NCBI GenBank assembly: GCA_004764695.1
Contig: SMSO01000032.1
Location: forward strand, 7,906,483-7,970,482
DNA: 64,000 nucleotides
Direction: 5' to 3'
Source of the DNA: Schizochytrium sp. TIO01
Taxonomy: Eukaryota > Protista > Bigyra: Labyrinthulomycetes
Positions 1 to 10,062 of this stretch are shown here, one piece after another; within the stretch, counting starts at the first letter, position 1; every line of letters begins with the position of its first letter. The translations under genes were made by a program, and so were the position numbers. Below the pieces are notes generated by a model. It was not told the DNA's origin and ran no database searches. It saw only the letters and a list, made by a program, of their open reading frames with translations.

Positions 1-1
1 T

Positions 2-916
2 CACCCGGCACTGTATGAAGCATATGGGATGACCATCGTGGAAGCTGGGGCTTTTGGGGCTCCTACACTTATGCATGGTCAGGGCGAAATTGGAGCCCAG
101 GATCTGATGACTGTCCCTCGATGCGCAATTCTATCAGATATGACAAACGTCTCCTTGAGCGCAGCTGTTGTCAAATCTCTTCTTGACCCAAGTCGTTTAG
201 ATATTCTCGAAAGTATCGGTGTTGAAGCATTTCGCACAGCAACATCATGGGATGATAAGGCATTCGCAAAGGGTTTAGCCTCGCATTTGGAATTGGCAGT
301 GAATAACCGGTTTAAGTCTTTCCAATTGGCATCAAAATCTTCATTTCACACTAATGGAAATGGGAACATAAATGAGAGTTTGCCAACAGAGTTGTCCGCA
401 AGCAACATTCGTGAAGAGAATACAAATGGCACTGGTAAGATCCATGTATCAGGGAAACCCATAGCTCTTCTGAGCAACTCCCGAAAACTTTCTTCTGAAG
501 AAATTGAGGTGTGTTCAAGTGTATTGAACTGGGCAGAAGCAGCAGCTTTGTCCACTGGCAGGTCTGTCAATGCAGACCTGACCGAAGTAAGAAGTCTGAT
601 AGAATCCCTCTGTCAACAAAATCCAGGCGAGTTGGCCTCTTCGATTGAGCAGGAGTACTTGCGCCTGTTAGATAAAGAGAGTGATGCACTTCGCCTTACG
701 GAATCAACTACACCCACGTTTTCACAAGCAAAGGCAACCCTTCGCGCGCGCCTAGAGTCTGCAAAGTCCCCTTATTCTGGAGACTGGGCTCGATTTCTTA
801 TTACTTTCGAATCAATTGCTAAGGTACGCTACCAGCTTGTTCCCTCTCGAATTCCAGAAGGAGCATTTTGGGCGATTCTGTTCATTTTTCTGAGAGAATC
901 CGTACTGTCTCTTTAA
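2..916 (+). CDS. GT-B fold glycosyltransferase (GT4/Glycos_transf_1-like), C-terminal part; 5' end lies outside the window
   Basis: Frame is open from nt 2: HPALYEAYGMTIVEAGAFGAPTL carries the E-x7-E nucleotide-sugar binding motif of GT4 enzymes; stop at 916. Confidence 0.8.
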   Translation, partial: HPALYEAYGMTIVEAGAFGAPTLMHGQGEIGAQDLMTVPRCAILSDMTNVSLSAAVVKSLLDPSRLDILESIGVEAFRTATSWDDKAFAKGLASHLELAVNNRFKSFQLASKSSFHTNGNGNINESLPTELSASNIREENTNGTGKIHVSGKPIALLSNSRKLSSEEIEVCSSVLNWAEAAALSTGRSVNADLTEVRSLIESLCQQNPGELASSIEQEYLRLLDKESDALRLTESTTPTFSQAKATLRARLESAKSPYSGDWARFLITFESIAKVRYQLVPSRIPEGAFWAILFIFLRESVLSL

Positions 917-1317
917 ACACGCGAAGGACCTTGATGTGACCCACTGTCTCACATCCCACATATGTGCTACATAAAAATATGCATATGCTTCTACGCATTA
1001 AACTTCATATTATACTTTTTTTTGCGCTAAACCAGACAAATTCTTTGACGCACAGCAAAATTGCCTTTGTTATCTATTTTTTCTTTGTTTCCCAATTGCA
1101 CTTTTTATACGACCTTTGATTGGTACGGGTTTTAACTTGCACTTGGCTTTCCCTCATGTGAAACAAAGCTTATTTTATCGCCTCAATGGTCCGGCTCTTG
1201 AGTTTGATTTATATTTATAAAATTTTACCCCCTCTTCTGTAAACCTCCCTGTGCAGAGGATGCACAGCTCTTGGTACTAGTGCAATATTTTAGGGAAAAA
1301 AAATCCAGTCACTTTAA

Positions 1318-2604
1318 TCAACGAGCGAAAAAGCCGCCAAAACGACGTCGTAGAAAGCATCCCATCAGGGTTGTTGAAATAAGCATACACATACGAGGCG
1401 AAAGAAATCGGCCAAGAAGACCTTTGCGTGATAAGATGATTGTTGCTGCGAGCCACGTTAGAACCACCTGTAATGGATGCAAGTCAGGTTGCATCGGCTT
1501 ACGTTGAGAAACAATGAACGGTTTATCTTTGGCTCTTTCTTCCCCTTGCTTAATGGTCTGCTCGATGGCAGCGTTGACCTCGTCTGCGTATTGTTCGGCC
1601 ACGCCATGGCCTGCATCTCCATAATGAAGCCATCTGCCACATAATGCCTCTGCGAGCAAGCGTGAATTCCGATAGCCCACAAGAACATCTTGCTTGCCAC
1701 TGACGACAAGAATCTCAACCTGATAAGATCGCATACGCTCGAGGCGAGCCCAACTAATATGATGGGTTACAATAGCTGCGATTTGATGAAGAATACCAGA
1801 AAATCGGAACTCGGGTACTAAACCTGCTTCAATATACTTGCGGGAACGACGAATAAATAAGTATGCATAGTGATCTCGATTTGTAGTTAGACTTTGCGAA
1901 GGGGGATAGTCGCCATAATTGCGGTCTGAAGATGCTATTTCCTCCAGATGAATACGCGGAAAGAGTAACTCTAACCCGGCATTGACGATGTCAACTTCGC
2001 GAAAACCTGAACATGTCCGAAAAAACGGAACAACTCCAGTGACTGGTGGTATTGTACCCATTACCCCCCCCGCGTGTGTGGAGATGAGCGCTACAGAGTT
2101 GAAGCGTTTTGGCGCCATCAACAACAGTTCCTGACAAACCATACCTCCTAATGAGAAACCTATCAGGTTAACATCCGATTTCCAGCCTCCATAGGCACGT
2201 TGCAAATGGTCTAGAAGCTGCAAACAGTCACTTGCAATATCCGTTGTCCTCCAGCGACCTGCAGGGGTATCGCTGTATCCTGTACCCCGATTATCCACGA
2301 CACATACAGTATACTCTTCGCCCCGCTCAATCCCGAAATATTTCAACTGAGGTTCAAAATGTGCGTGTGTCTCGGAAAGCCCACGGATTGACAGGAGTTT
2401 CTTCGACCCGTTTCCATGTACTTCGTAAAATAGTCTATGCTTACCTTGGTGACTGTTGTATACCTCGCAATATTGTGCAGAGCTTTCGCCAAAGTGCAAG
2501 TATGCAGGTCGAGCTAGTTCAGTCTTTGCACAGTGAATTGCATTGTCGGAGCCACCGCCTAAACGAGCGTACAAGTGGCGTTCATCTTGAGATAAAGTTG
2601 ACAT
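1318..2604 (-). CDS. Alpha/beta hydrolase fold protein with hydrophobic C-terminus
   Basis: 428 aa; DNRGTGYSD, nucleophile elbow GFSLGG, candidate Asp (GKQDVLV) and His (DAGHGV); hydrophobic C-terminal segments. Confidence 0.9.
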   Translation of the reverse strand: MSTLSQDERHLYARLGGGSDNAIHCAKTELARPAYLHFGESSAQYCEVYNSHQGKHRLFYEVHGNGSKKLLSIRGLSETHAHFEPQLKYFGIERGEEYTVCVVDNRGTGYSDTPAGRWRTTDIASDCLQLLDHLQRAYGGWKSDVNLIGFSLGGMVCQELLLMAPKRFNSVALISTHAGGVMGTIPPVTGVVPFFRTCSGFREVDIVNAGLELLFPRIHLEEIASSDRNYGDYPPSQSLTTNRDHYAYLFIRRSRKYIEAGLVPEFRFSGILHQIAAIVTHHISWARLERMRSYQVEILVVSGKQDVLVGYRNSRLLAEALCGRWLHYGDAGHGVAEQYADEVNAAIEQTIKQGEERAKDKPFIVSQRKPMQPDLHPLQVVLTWLAATIILSRKGLLGRFLSPRMCMLISTTLMGCFLRRRFGGFFAR

Positions 2605-3449
2605 GACCTAATCAGCCTCTTGTTTGGTTTTTGAATAAACCTCAAGGTTAGCCGCACGCTGGGCTCTCTCTGGCCTTTACACTCACAAACCTTGGAACCA
2701 ATTGCGACAATCAACTATGGACAAACTACACGCCAAGGCTGCTTTGCTTAGGACCAAAGTAGGCAATAAATTGCTAGTGATCGAACAGCGAACAAGCAAT
2801 TTAGGTAACGGCCAGCGCTTATGTCTAGTGTGACCTGGCGTGACTTGGCTTTGAAGTCACCACTGCTCAAGCTTTCAAGAAGAATGTACAAGAGAAGTAG
2901 CAGAGAGAAACATTGCAAGCTGTAATTACTAGTAACTAGCTAGTATCTATAGCATGCCTTAATTGCACTTATATGAGGTAAATATCACAGAGCAAATCTT
3001 GTGTTAGCTTCAGCACATGAAATTTAAACTGCAAGTGCCCCAATGGGGTCTCTTACTTGACTCGATTCTGTTTCTGAAATTTGAAGTTTGTTTTTAGAAA
3101 GTATCTCGTAAAAACCTGATTACATTCATTGTTCGACTGTTTTCTGTTGTTCAAGTTTTCATTTTTTACTCTTTTTTTTACTTAGATTAAATTGATTTTA
3201 AAGTATTCTTTTTTAAATTAAAATGATGTTCTCTGTTTTGTTTTTATTTCTCTGCTGACGAAGAGCTTCTTTTAAATTTCGTATTGTTGTTAGGTCTACC
3301 AAAACCTACTCGAGGTGCGTATAAGTCGCAGATAGTTTTGATCCAAAGTGAAGAAACGAAGAACATATTATTACCAGTTTAGATTTCTATCTACACACAC
3401 TCCACAAGTGTTTCTTCATATTTTTCTTGTTTTCTTGTTTTCTGTTTTT

Positions 3450-3712
3450 TTTTGGTGGTTGCCGGAGATTGCCAGAGGCTCCGATTACCTTTTCTTGATC
3501 ATGTAAATTTATAATCTATATCTACTGTTTTTCTGATATCTCAACGACTGACGATCCGACTCGTCCAGATACCTTTTCTGTTATTTTTTTAATGTTTTTG
3601 TTGCATCATGAGGACTGCCCATTTTCCTCAAGCCGCGTTATCTTGGTATATATGATTTTTTTGGTGCCTCGCGATGAGTTTGCCGTATCATCTTGAGGCA
3701 CTTTAACTGGTT
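3450..3712. repeat. Diverged outlier copy of the linker-hairpin modules of the tandem array
   Basis: Contains TCCAGATACCTTTTCTG, GAGGACTGCCCATTTTCCTCAAG and TGGTATATATGATTTTTTTGGTG, shared with the 4.2-7.2 kb array. Confidence 0.8.
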
Positions 3713-3734
3713 AGTTCTTCTACATATTATAATT

Positions 3735-4172
3735 ATAATACGTTGTGGAGTGTCCATGAGCAACGGCACCTTGGCAGTAAACCCAGACCATTAGCTCACT
3801 CTTCGAGTGCTGAAACTTCGTCATAACCTATGGTCATGTCTTCATTTTAAGTTGCAGATCCGCCATGGTATTCAGAGAGGATGCCAAGCTCTCGAAAGTC
3901 CCAGCGCATTGTCTACAACCCTTCCCTTCGCTTCGACACGCAATTTTTAGATCATTGCAATAGTTGATGCTGCAATGACACGCTTGCTTTCATCAAGATT
4001 TAGAAACCTGAGCTGTGCAGGCTCGAAGTGAAGCATTAGACATGTCTCACCAGTTTACGGTATCGTCAGCTGCACCTTTCGCCTCTGCCTTGTCGCTTTC
4101 TACAAAGGCCATAGCTCCATGAATGTTGCTGTCTACTCTAGCATTCTTGTCGTACTCTCGCCTTGGTATGCA
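3735..4172 (-). pseudogene. Decayed coding-like fragment between repeat copies; family unknown
   Basis: Minus-strand segments PRREYDKNARVDSNIHGAMAFVESDKAEAK, TGETCLMLHFEPAQLRFLNLDESKRVIAASTIAMI* and MRWDFRELGILSEYHGG are broken by stops and frameshifts; higher GC than the flanks. Confidence 0.35.
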
Positions 4173-4175
4173 GTG

Positions 4176-7100
4176 TGTTTTTTGTTTTCTGGTATATATG
4201 ATTTTTTTGTTGGTATCCAAATGACTGCTGATGATGCAACTCATCCAGATACCTTTTCTGGTATATATGATGTTTTTGGTGCATCTTGAGGACTGCCCAT
4301 TTTCCTCAAGACACTTTTTCTGGTATATATGATGTTTTTGGTGCATCTTGAGGACTGCCCATTTTCCTCAAGACCCTTTTCCTGGTATATATATGATTTT
4401 TTTGGTGTGTTTCAAGATGAGCTGCTTGCTCATCTCAAAACACTTTTGCTGGTATATTTATCTAAGTATATGTATCGGTGATCTGATCTGATAGTATGTA
4501 CAATCTTGTGCAAGACAAGAGCAGTCTTGAAAGATGCTGTCGATGTGGTTGATGCTATCGATGCCCTCAAAGTCCGCAATGTCCGCAATGTCCGCAGTGT
4601 CCGCAATGTTCTGATTGGCTGAAGCAGCCACGCTGTATCCTCGTCATAGTTTGTGGTGATTTTTTTTTTGATTTTCTGGTATATATGATTTTTTTGTTGA
4701 TATCCAAATGACTGCTGCTGATGATGCAACTCATCCAGATACCTTTTCTGGTATATATGATGTTTTTGGTGCATCTTGAGGACTGCCCATTTTCCTCAAG
4801 ACCCTTTTCCTGGTATATATATGATTTTTTTGGTGTGTTTCAAGATGAGCTGCTTGCTCATCTCAAAACACTTTTGCTGGTATATTTATCTAAGTATATG
4901 TATCGGTGATCTGATCTGATAGTATGTACAATCTTGTGCAAGACAAGAGCAGTCTTGAAAGATGCTGTCGATGTGGTTGATGCTATCGATGCCCTCAAAG
5001 TCCGCAATGTCCGCAATGTCCGCAGTGTCCGCAATGTTCTGATTGGCTGAAGCAGCCACGCTGTATCCTCGTCATAGTTTGTGGTGATTTTTTTTTTGAT
5101 TTTCTGGTATATATGATTTTTTTGTTGATATCCAAATGACTGCTGCTGATGATGCAACTCATCCAGATACTTTTTCTGGTATATATGATGTTTTTGGTGC
5201 ATCTTGAGGACTGCCCATTTTCCTCAAGACCCTTTTCCTGGTATATATATGATTTTTTTGGTGTGTTTCAAGATGAGCTGCTTGCTCATCTCAAAACACT
5301 TTTGCTGGTATATTTATCTAAGTATATGTATCGGTGATCTGATCTGATAGTATGTACAATCTTGTGCAAGACAAGAGCAGTCTTGAAAGATGCTGTCGAT
5401 GTGGTTGATGCTATCGATGCCCTCAAAGTCCGCAATGTCCGCAATGTCCGCAGTGTTCGCAGTGTCCGCAGTGTCCGCAGTGTCCGCAGTGTCCGCAATG
5501 TTCTGATTGGCTGAAGCAGCCACGCTGTATCCTCGTCATAGTTTGTGGTGATTTTTTTTTTGATTTTCTGGTATATATGATTTTTTTGTTGATATCCAAA
5601 TGACTGCTGCTGATGATGCAACTCATCCAGATACCTTTTCTGGTATATATGATGTTTTTGGTGCATCTTGAGGACTGCCCATTTTCCTCAAGACCCTTTT
5701 CCTGGTATATATATGATTTTTTTGGTGTGTTTCAAGATGAGCTGCTTGCTCATCTCAAAACACTTTTGCTGGTATATTTATCTAAGTATATGTATCGGTG
5801 ATCTGATCTGATAGTATGTACAATCTTGTGCAAGACAAGAGCAGTCTTGAAAGATGCTGTCGATGTGGTTGATGCTATCGATGCCCTCAAAGTCCGCAAT
5901 GTCCGCAATGTCCGCAGTGTTCGCAGTGTCCGCAGTGTCCGCAGTGTCCGCAGTGTCCGCAATGTTCTGATTGGCTGAAGCAGCCACGCTGTATCCTCGT
6001 CATAGTTTGTGGTGATTTTTTTTTTGATTTTCTGGTATATATGATTTTTTTGTTGATATCCAAATGACTGCTGCTGATGATGCAACTCATCCAGATACCT
6101 TTTCTGGTATATATGATGTTTTTGGTGCATCTTGAGGACTGCCCATTTTCCTCAAGACCCTTTTCCTGGTATATATATGATTTTTTTGGTGTGTTTCAAG
6201 ATGAGCTGCTTGCTCATCTCAAAACACTTTTGCTGGTATATTTATCTAAGTATATGTATCGGTGATCTGATCTGATAGTATGTACAATCTTGTGCAAGAC
6301 AAGAGCAGTCTTGAAAGATGCTGTCGATGTGGTTGATGCTGTCGATGTCCTCAAAGTCCGCAATGTCCGCGATGTCCGCAGTGTCCGCAGTGTCCGCAGT
6401 GTCCGCAGTGTCCGCAGTGTTCGCAGTGTCCGCAGTGTCCGCAGTGTTCACAGTGTCCGCAGTGTTCGCAATGTTCTGATTGGCTGAAGCAGCCACGCCG
6501 TATCCTCGTCATAGTTTGTGGTGATTTTTTTTTGAGTTTTCTGGTATATATGATTTTTTTGTTGATATCCAAATGACTGCTAGTGATGATGCAACTCATC
6601 CAGATACCTTTTCTGGTATATATGATGTTTTTGGTGCATCTTGAGGACTGCCCATTTTCCTCAAGACACTTTTATCTTGGTATCTATGATGTTTTTGGTG
6701 TGCTTCAAGACAAGCTGCTTGGCTTGCTCATCTCAAAACACTTTTGCTGGTATATTTATCTAAGTATATGTATCGGTGATCTGATATGATAGTATGTACA
6801 ATCTTGTGCAAGACAAGAGCAGTCTTGAAAGATGCTGTCGATGTGGTTGATGCTGTCGATGTCCTCAAAGTCCTCAAAGTCCGCAAATGTCCGCAGTGTT
6901 CGCAGGGTCCGCAGTGTCCGCAGTGTCCGCATTGTCCGCAATGTTCTGATTGGCTGAAGCAGCCACGCCGTATCCTCGTCATAGTCTGTGGTGATTTTTT
7001 TTTGATTTTCTGGTATATATGATTTTTTTGTTGGTATCCAAATGACTGCTGATGATGCAACTCATCCAGATACCTTTTCTGGTATATATGATGTTTTTGG

Positions 7101-7246
7101 TGCATCTTGAGGACTGTCAAGACACTTTTTCTGGTATATATATGATTTTTTTGGTGTGCTTCAAGATGAGCTGCTTGCTCATCTCGAAACATTTTTGCTG
7201 GTATATTTATCTAAGTATATATATTGGTGATCTGATTTGATAGTGT
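4176..7246. repeat. Nested tandem repeat array: 6 full units of 428/428/464/464/514/451 bp plus partial flanking units
   Basis: Anchor CATCTC(A/G)AAAC recurs at 4431, 4859, 5287, 5751, 6215, 6729 and 7180. An internal 9-mer GTCCGCA(A/G)T occurs 4, 4, 8, 8, 13 and ~7 times. Each unit has four CTGGTATAT(A/T)T motifs. Confidence 0.97.
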
Positions 7247-7288
7247 GCGAGGTACCAGACAGGAAGCACGCTTGTATTGGTTTTGTGA

Positions 7289-8383
7289 CTAAATGGTGAC
7301 CTCATTTTGTGCCAACTTAACCGGAGCCAAAAGACACCGTCCAAGTGGCACGTCAGCCTGCGGCGCCGACCCGATAGGCTCCAAATGAAAGTTGTTGAGT
7401 ACGTTGTTTTCGGAGCTTTCAAAGATTGCATCGTCGTCGAGTTTCTCCTCGGTAATGAATTTTTCAACCGCCGTGCGATGAACGTTCTCAGCGAGCTTGA
7501 GCGGCTTAGGGTCGAAGAGTATCTTGGGGTCAAGGTTGGACTCAGGAGCATCGAGGTGTGGTGCGTTCGCCTTGGGCTCCATCGCCGTGACCTTGGTCTC
7601 ATCAACAAAGGTCTCCTCAACCTTGGTATCATCCGTATTGGCCTTGGTCTCCTCAGTCCCGACCTTAGTCTCTTCGGTCGTGACCTTAACCACCTCAGCT
7701 TGGACATCAACGGCTTCAGGCCCAGGGTTGGCCACTGAAGATGCAACGGGAAGGTTGGGAATAGAATCGTCTGCTTCCACGTAAGGAGATGGTACATCAG
7801 CCTTCAGTTCAACCTCAGCTACAGATGCAGCTGTGTCATTGACTACATCCTTGACATGCAAATCAGTTGGCGTCTCTGAGACGTCAGACGATTTGTTAAG
7901 GATGTTGCCAGCCTTGTGGGTAACCGAGCTACGCATCTCTTTCTTGCTCTCTTTCTTGACAGGACGACGGCCATTACTTTTCTGAGATAGTCCTTGTTCG
8001 CGATGCATAGGGCAAGCACTGCGAGTGTTGGCCTGGCGGGACTTGCGAGAAGATGCAGCAGTAGAGCGAGCCCAAATCGGCACGTTGGTGTTGCTGTCGC
8101 GAGCATCGCGGCGCTTCTTAAGTTCATCGGACTGTAGTTCCTGACGTTTGGCCTTGAGCTTTTCCAGGGGGCGACCGTAAAAACTCTTAAGGGAAAAGCC
8201 CTTCTCCGGTACAGAAGGTTTTTCCTTTTTTCGCTTATCCGCGCGAGCCTTGACACGAACACCTCCGTTGCTGAATTCAGGAAGGGCCTCGCGCACGGGC
8301 ATACGCGGATCCACGAACTCATCACTCACCTTGACAGCGGCGATTCGCTGTTCGACAGAACGTTTATTCATGTCACTAATCAT
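7289..8383 (-). CDS. Orphan low-complexity protein (basic N-half, acidic Thr/Glu/Val-rich C-half with TEETK-like repeats)
   Basis: 364-aa ORF with GC3-rich codons like neighbouring genes; short internal repeats TEETKV/TEETKA/TDDTKV/VDETKV; no family recognised. Confidence 0.65.
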   Translation of the reverse strand: MISDMNKRSVEQRIAAVKVSDEFVDPRMPVREALPEFSNGGVRVKARADKRKKEKPSVPEKGFSLKSFYGRPLEKLKAKRQELQSDELKKRRDARDSNTNVPIWARSTAASSRKSRQANTRSACPMHREQGLSQKSNGRRPVKKESKKEMRSSVTHKAGNILNKSSDVSETPTDLHVKDVVNDTAASVAEVELKADVPSPYVEADDSIPNLPVASSVANPGPEAVDVQAEVVKVTTEETKVGTEETKANTDDTKVEETFVDETKVTAMEPKANAPHLDAPESNLDPKILFDPKPLKLAENVHRTAVEKFITEEKLDDDAIFESSENNVLNNFHLEPIGSAPQADVPLGRCLLAPVKLAQNEVTI

Positions 8384-10020
8384 AGTAATCCGAGGAAGGA
8401 CACAGAGAACTTAGGTAGCAAGGTATCGTGCTGGCTAGCACGAGCTCACAGAGAGCTCGCTGTGCCTTTTCGAATGAAGATTGGGCAGTAGCTTGATTCA
8501 AGATCTCGAACGGGCTTCGAAGTCTCCGGAGTTCGGGTTTTGGTTTTGGATTTGGTTTTGGTTTTGGTGAGACTCTGGTCTTCTTCGAATTTTGCAAGCT
8601 AATAGAATTGTAAATTATTAAAAGGGGCTGGGCACAGTCGTCATTTGAAGTAGTGCTAAGTTGTTTAAAAGGGCCAGACGAACGTTTCATTTTGATTTCG
8701 TTTATCGGTTTTTAAAGATAAGAATAAAGAAAGTTTTAAATATGGATCATGTTGTGTTGCCCAACAACTGAGCAAGTAAGCAATTAAGTGTCTCTGGGGA
8801 AGAAAGTGAGCATGGAGGTTCTATTGCCTTTAATTCTGCACCCTTCCTTGCTGCAAGGTTTATGTTCCTGTCTTACAAGGTTTACATTAATGCTCGCCAG
8901 TTTCTCCTCAAAACTCCTAGAGAATATACTTACTCACTGCGAGTGTTTGCAATTTAAGACTTTTAATTATATCGTTTGTCTTATCGCTACTCAAGTCTTC
9001 GCATTGCTAGCTCGTTTCCTTTTAAGAAAGACCCGTCTCTCGCGCTCCCAGATACGTACTGCAACTCTCACAACTCCTACAACTACTAGTATGTATGAAG
9101 ACTAATTAGTCCTATACTCGCCATTTAAAAGAAGACACAGTACGATAGTAGAGGTACCTACCATAAAAAGCGTTTTAATGCTTTATATAACTTTCAATGA
9201 AAATGAACTTAAATAGACAAAGAAACAGAGCAAGCCTTTTCTCGCACACACGGCCTCGGCCTCCCACGCCTCTTGCGACCTCTCTCTCTCTTTCTCTCTC
9301 ACTATGCTCGTTTGATCGGCAACCTTGCCTTCCCTTCTGCCTGAGTCAGAGTGGCGCCTGCAGCCGGCGCCCGACAGGGTGAGGTAGCAGCGTGGTCCGT
9401 GATCTCCGAGTCGTTTCCCGCAATCAGGAATCACTCGTGCTGCAAGTCACGAGTAAATGAGGGTGTCGGTGACACGATCGCGCTCTCTCTGTGCTAGAGG
9501 GGCCTCCCTGCAGAAGTCCCAACTGGGTTTCCGCGCAATAGCGTCACTGCAAGAGAGAGAGAGCCCTTGGAAGTGAGTCAAAACTTCAGAGCGAAACCTT
9601 TTTTATTTTATTTTGTTTCTGCCTTTGTTTTGATTCATTTTTTATTTCCAAATACTACGACCTAACTATTCTATTCTATTTATTACTGTTTCTATTTCTA
9701 TTTCTTCCGTTGCAAACCCGCCGGAAGTCCGAGAGTCAAGCCTCATGATTGGATGGTCCACACAGAGGGGCTATAGCAGCTCGCTGGGATAAGAATGTTG
9801 CTGTACCCTGCATCTTCTTTGGAGCTCTTGGACATGAAGGGCTGGCAACTTGACTCGGAAACGAAAAAAAGTTCTACTCGGATGATTGACAAATTGTCAG
9901 CAAAACCATTATTTTATTTTCTCTGAGCTTTGAAGAAGAAAAGACATCAGTCACAAAATATTTTGTCTCTCCGAGAATAGTACTTTCTATCATGAAGACT
10001 GTTTTGTTTTCTTTTTGTTT

Positions 10021-10023
<3 letters not shown>

Positions 10024-10060
<37 letters not shown>
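10024..10060. repeat. (CT)n microsatellite
   Basis: Uninterrupted CT run of about 18 units. Confidence 0.95.

Positions 10061-10062
<2 letters not shown>

Noticed and set aside
4047-7240. Repeated short ORFs (RTLRTL, ADTADT, HCGHCG)
   Set aside because: These are translations of the 9-bp VNTR in all frames. Variable poly-T lengths and indels shift frames between units, so coding is not conserved.
4176-7246. CRISPR array
   Set aside because: Inter-repeat segments recur in every unit rather than being unique spacers; no cas genes; eukaryotic context.
8376-8690. 104-aa ORF with PKPKPNPKPKP
   Set aside because: Arises from a (TTTGGT)n microsatellite in the probable 5' region of the orphan gene.
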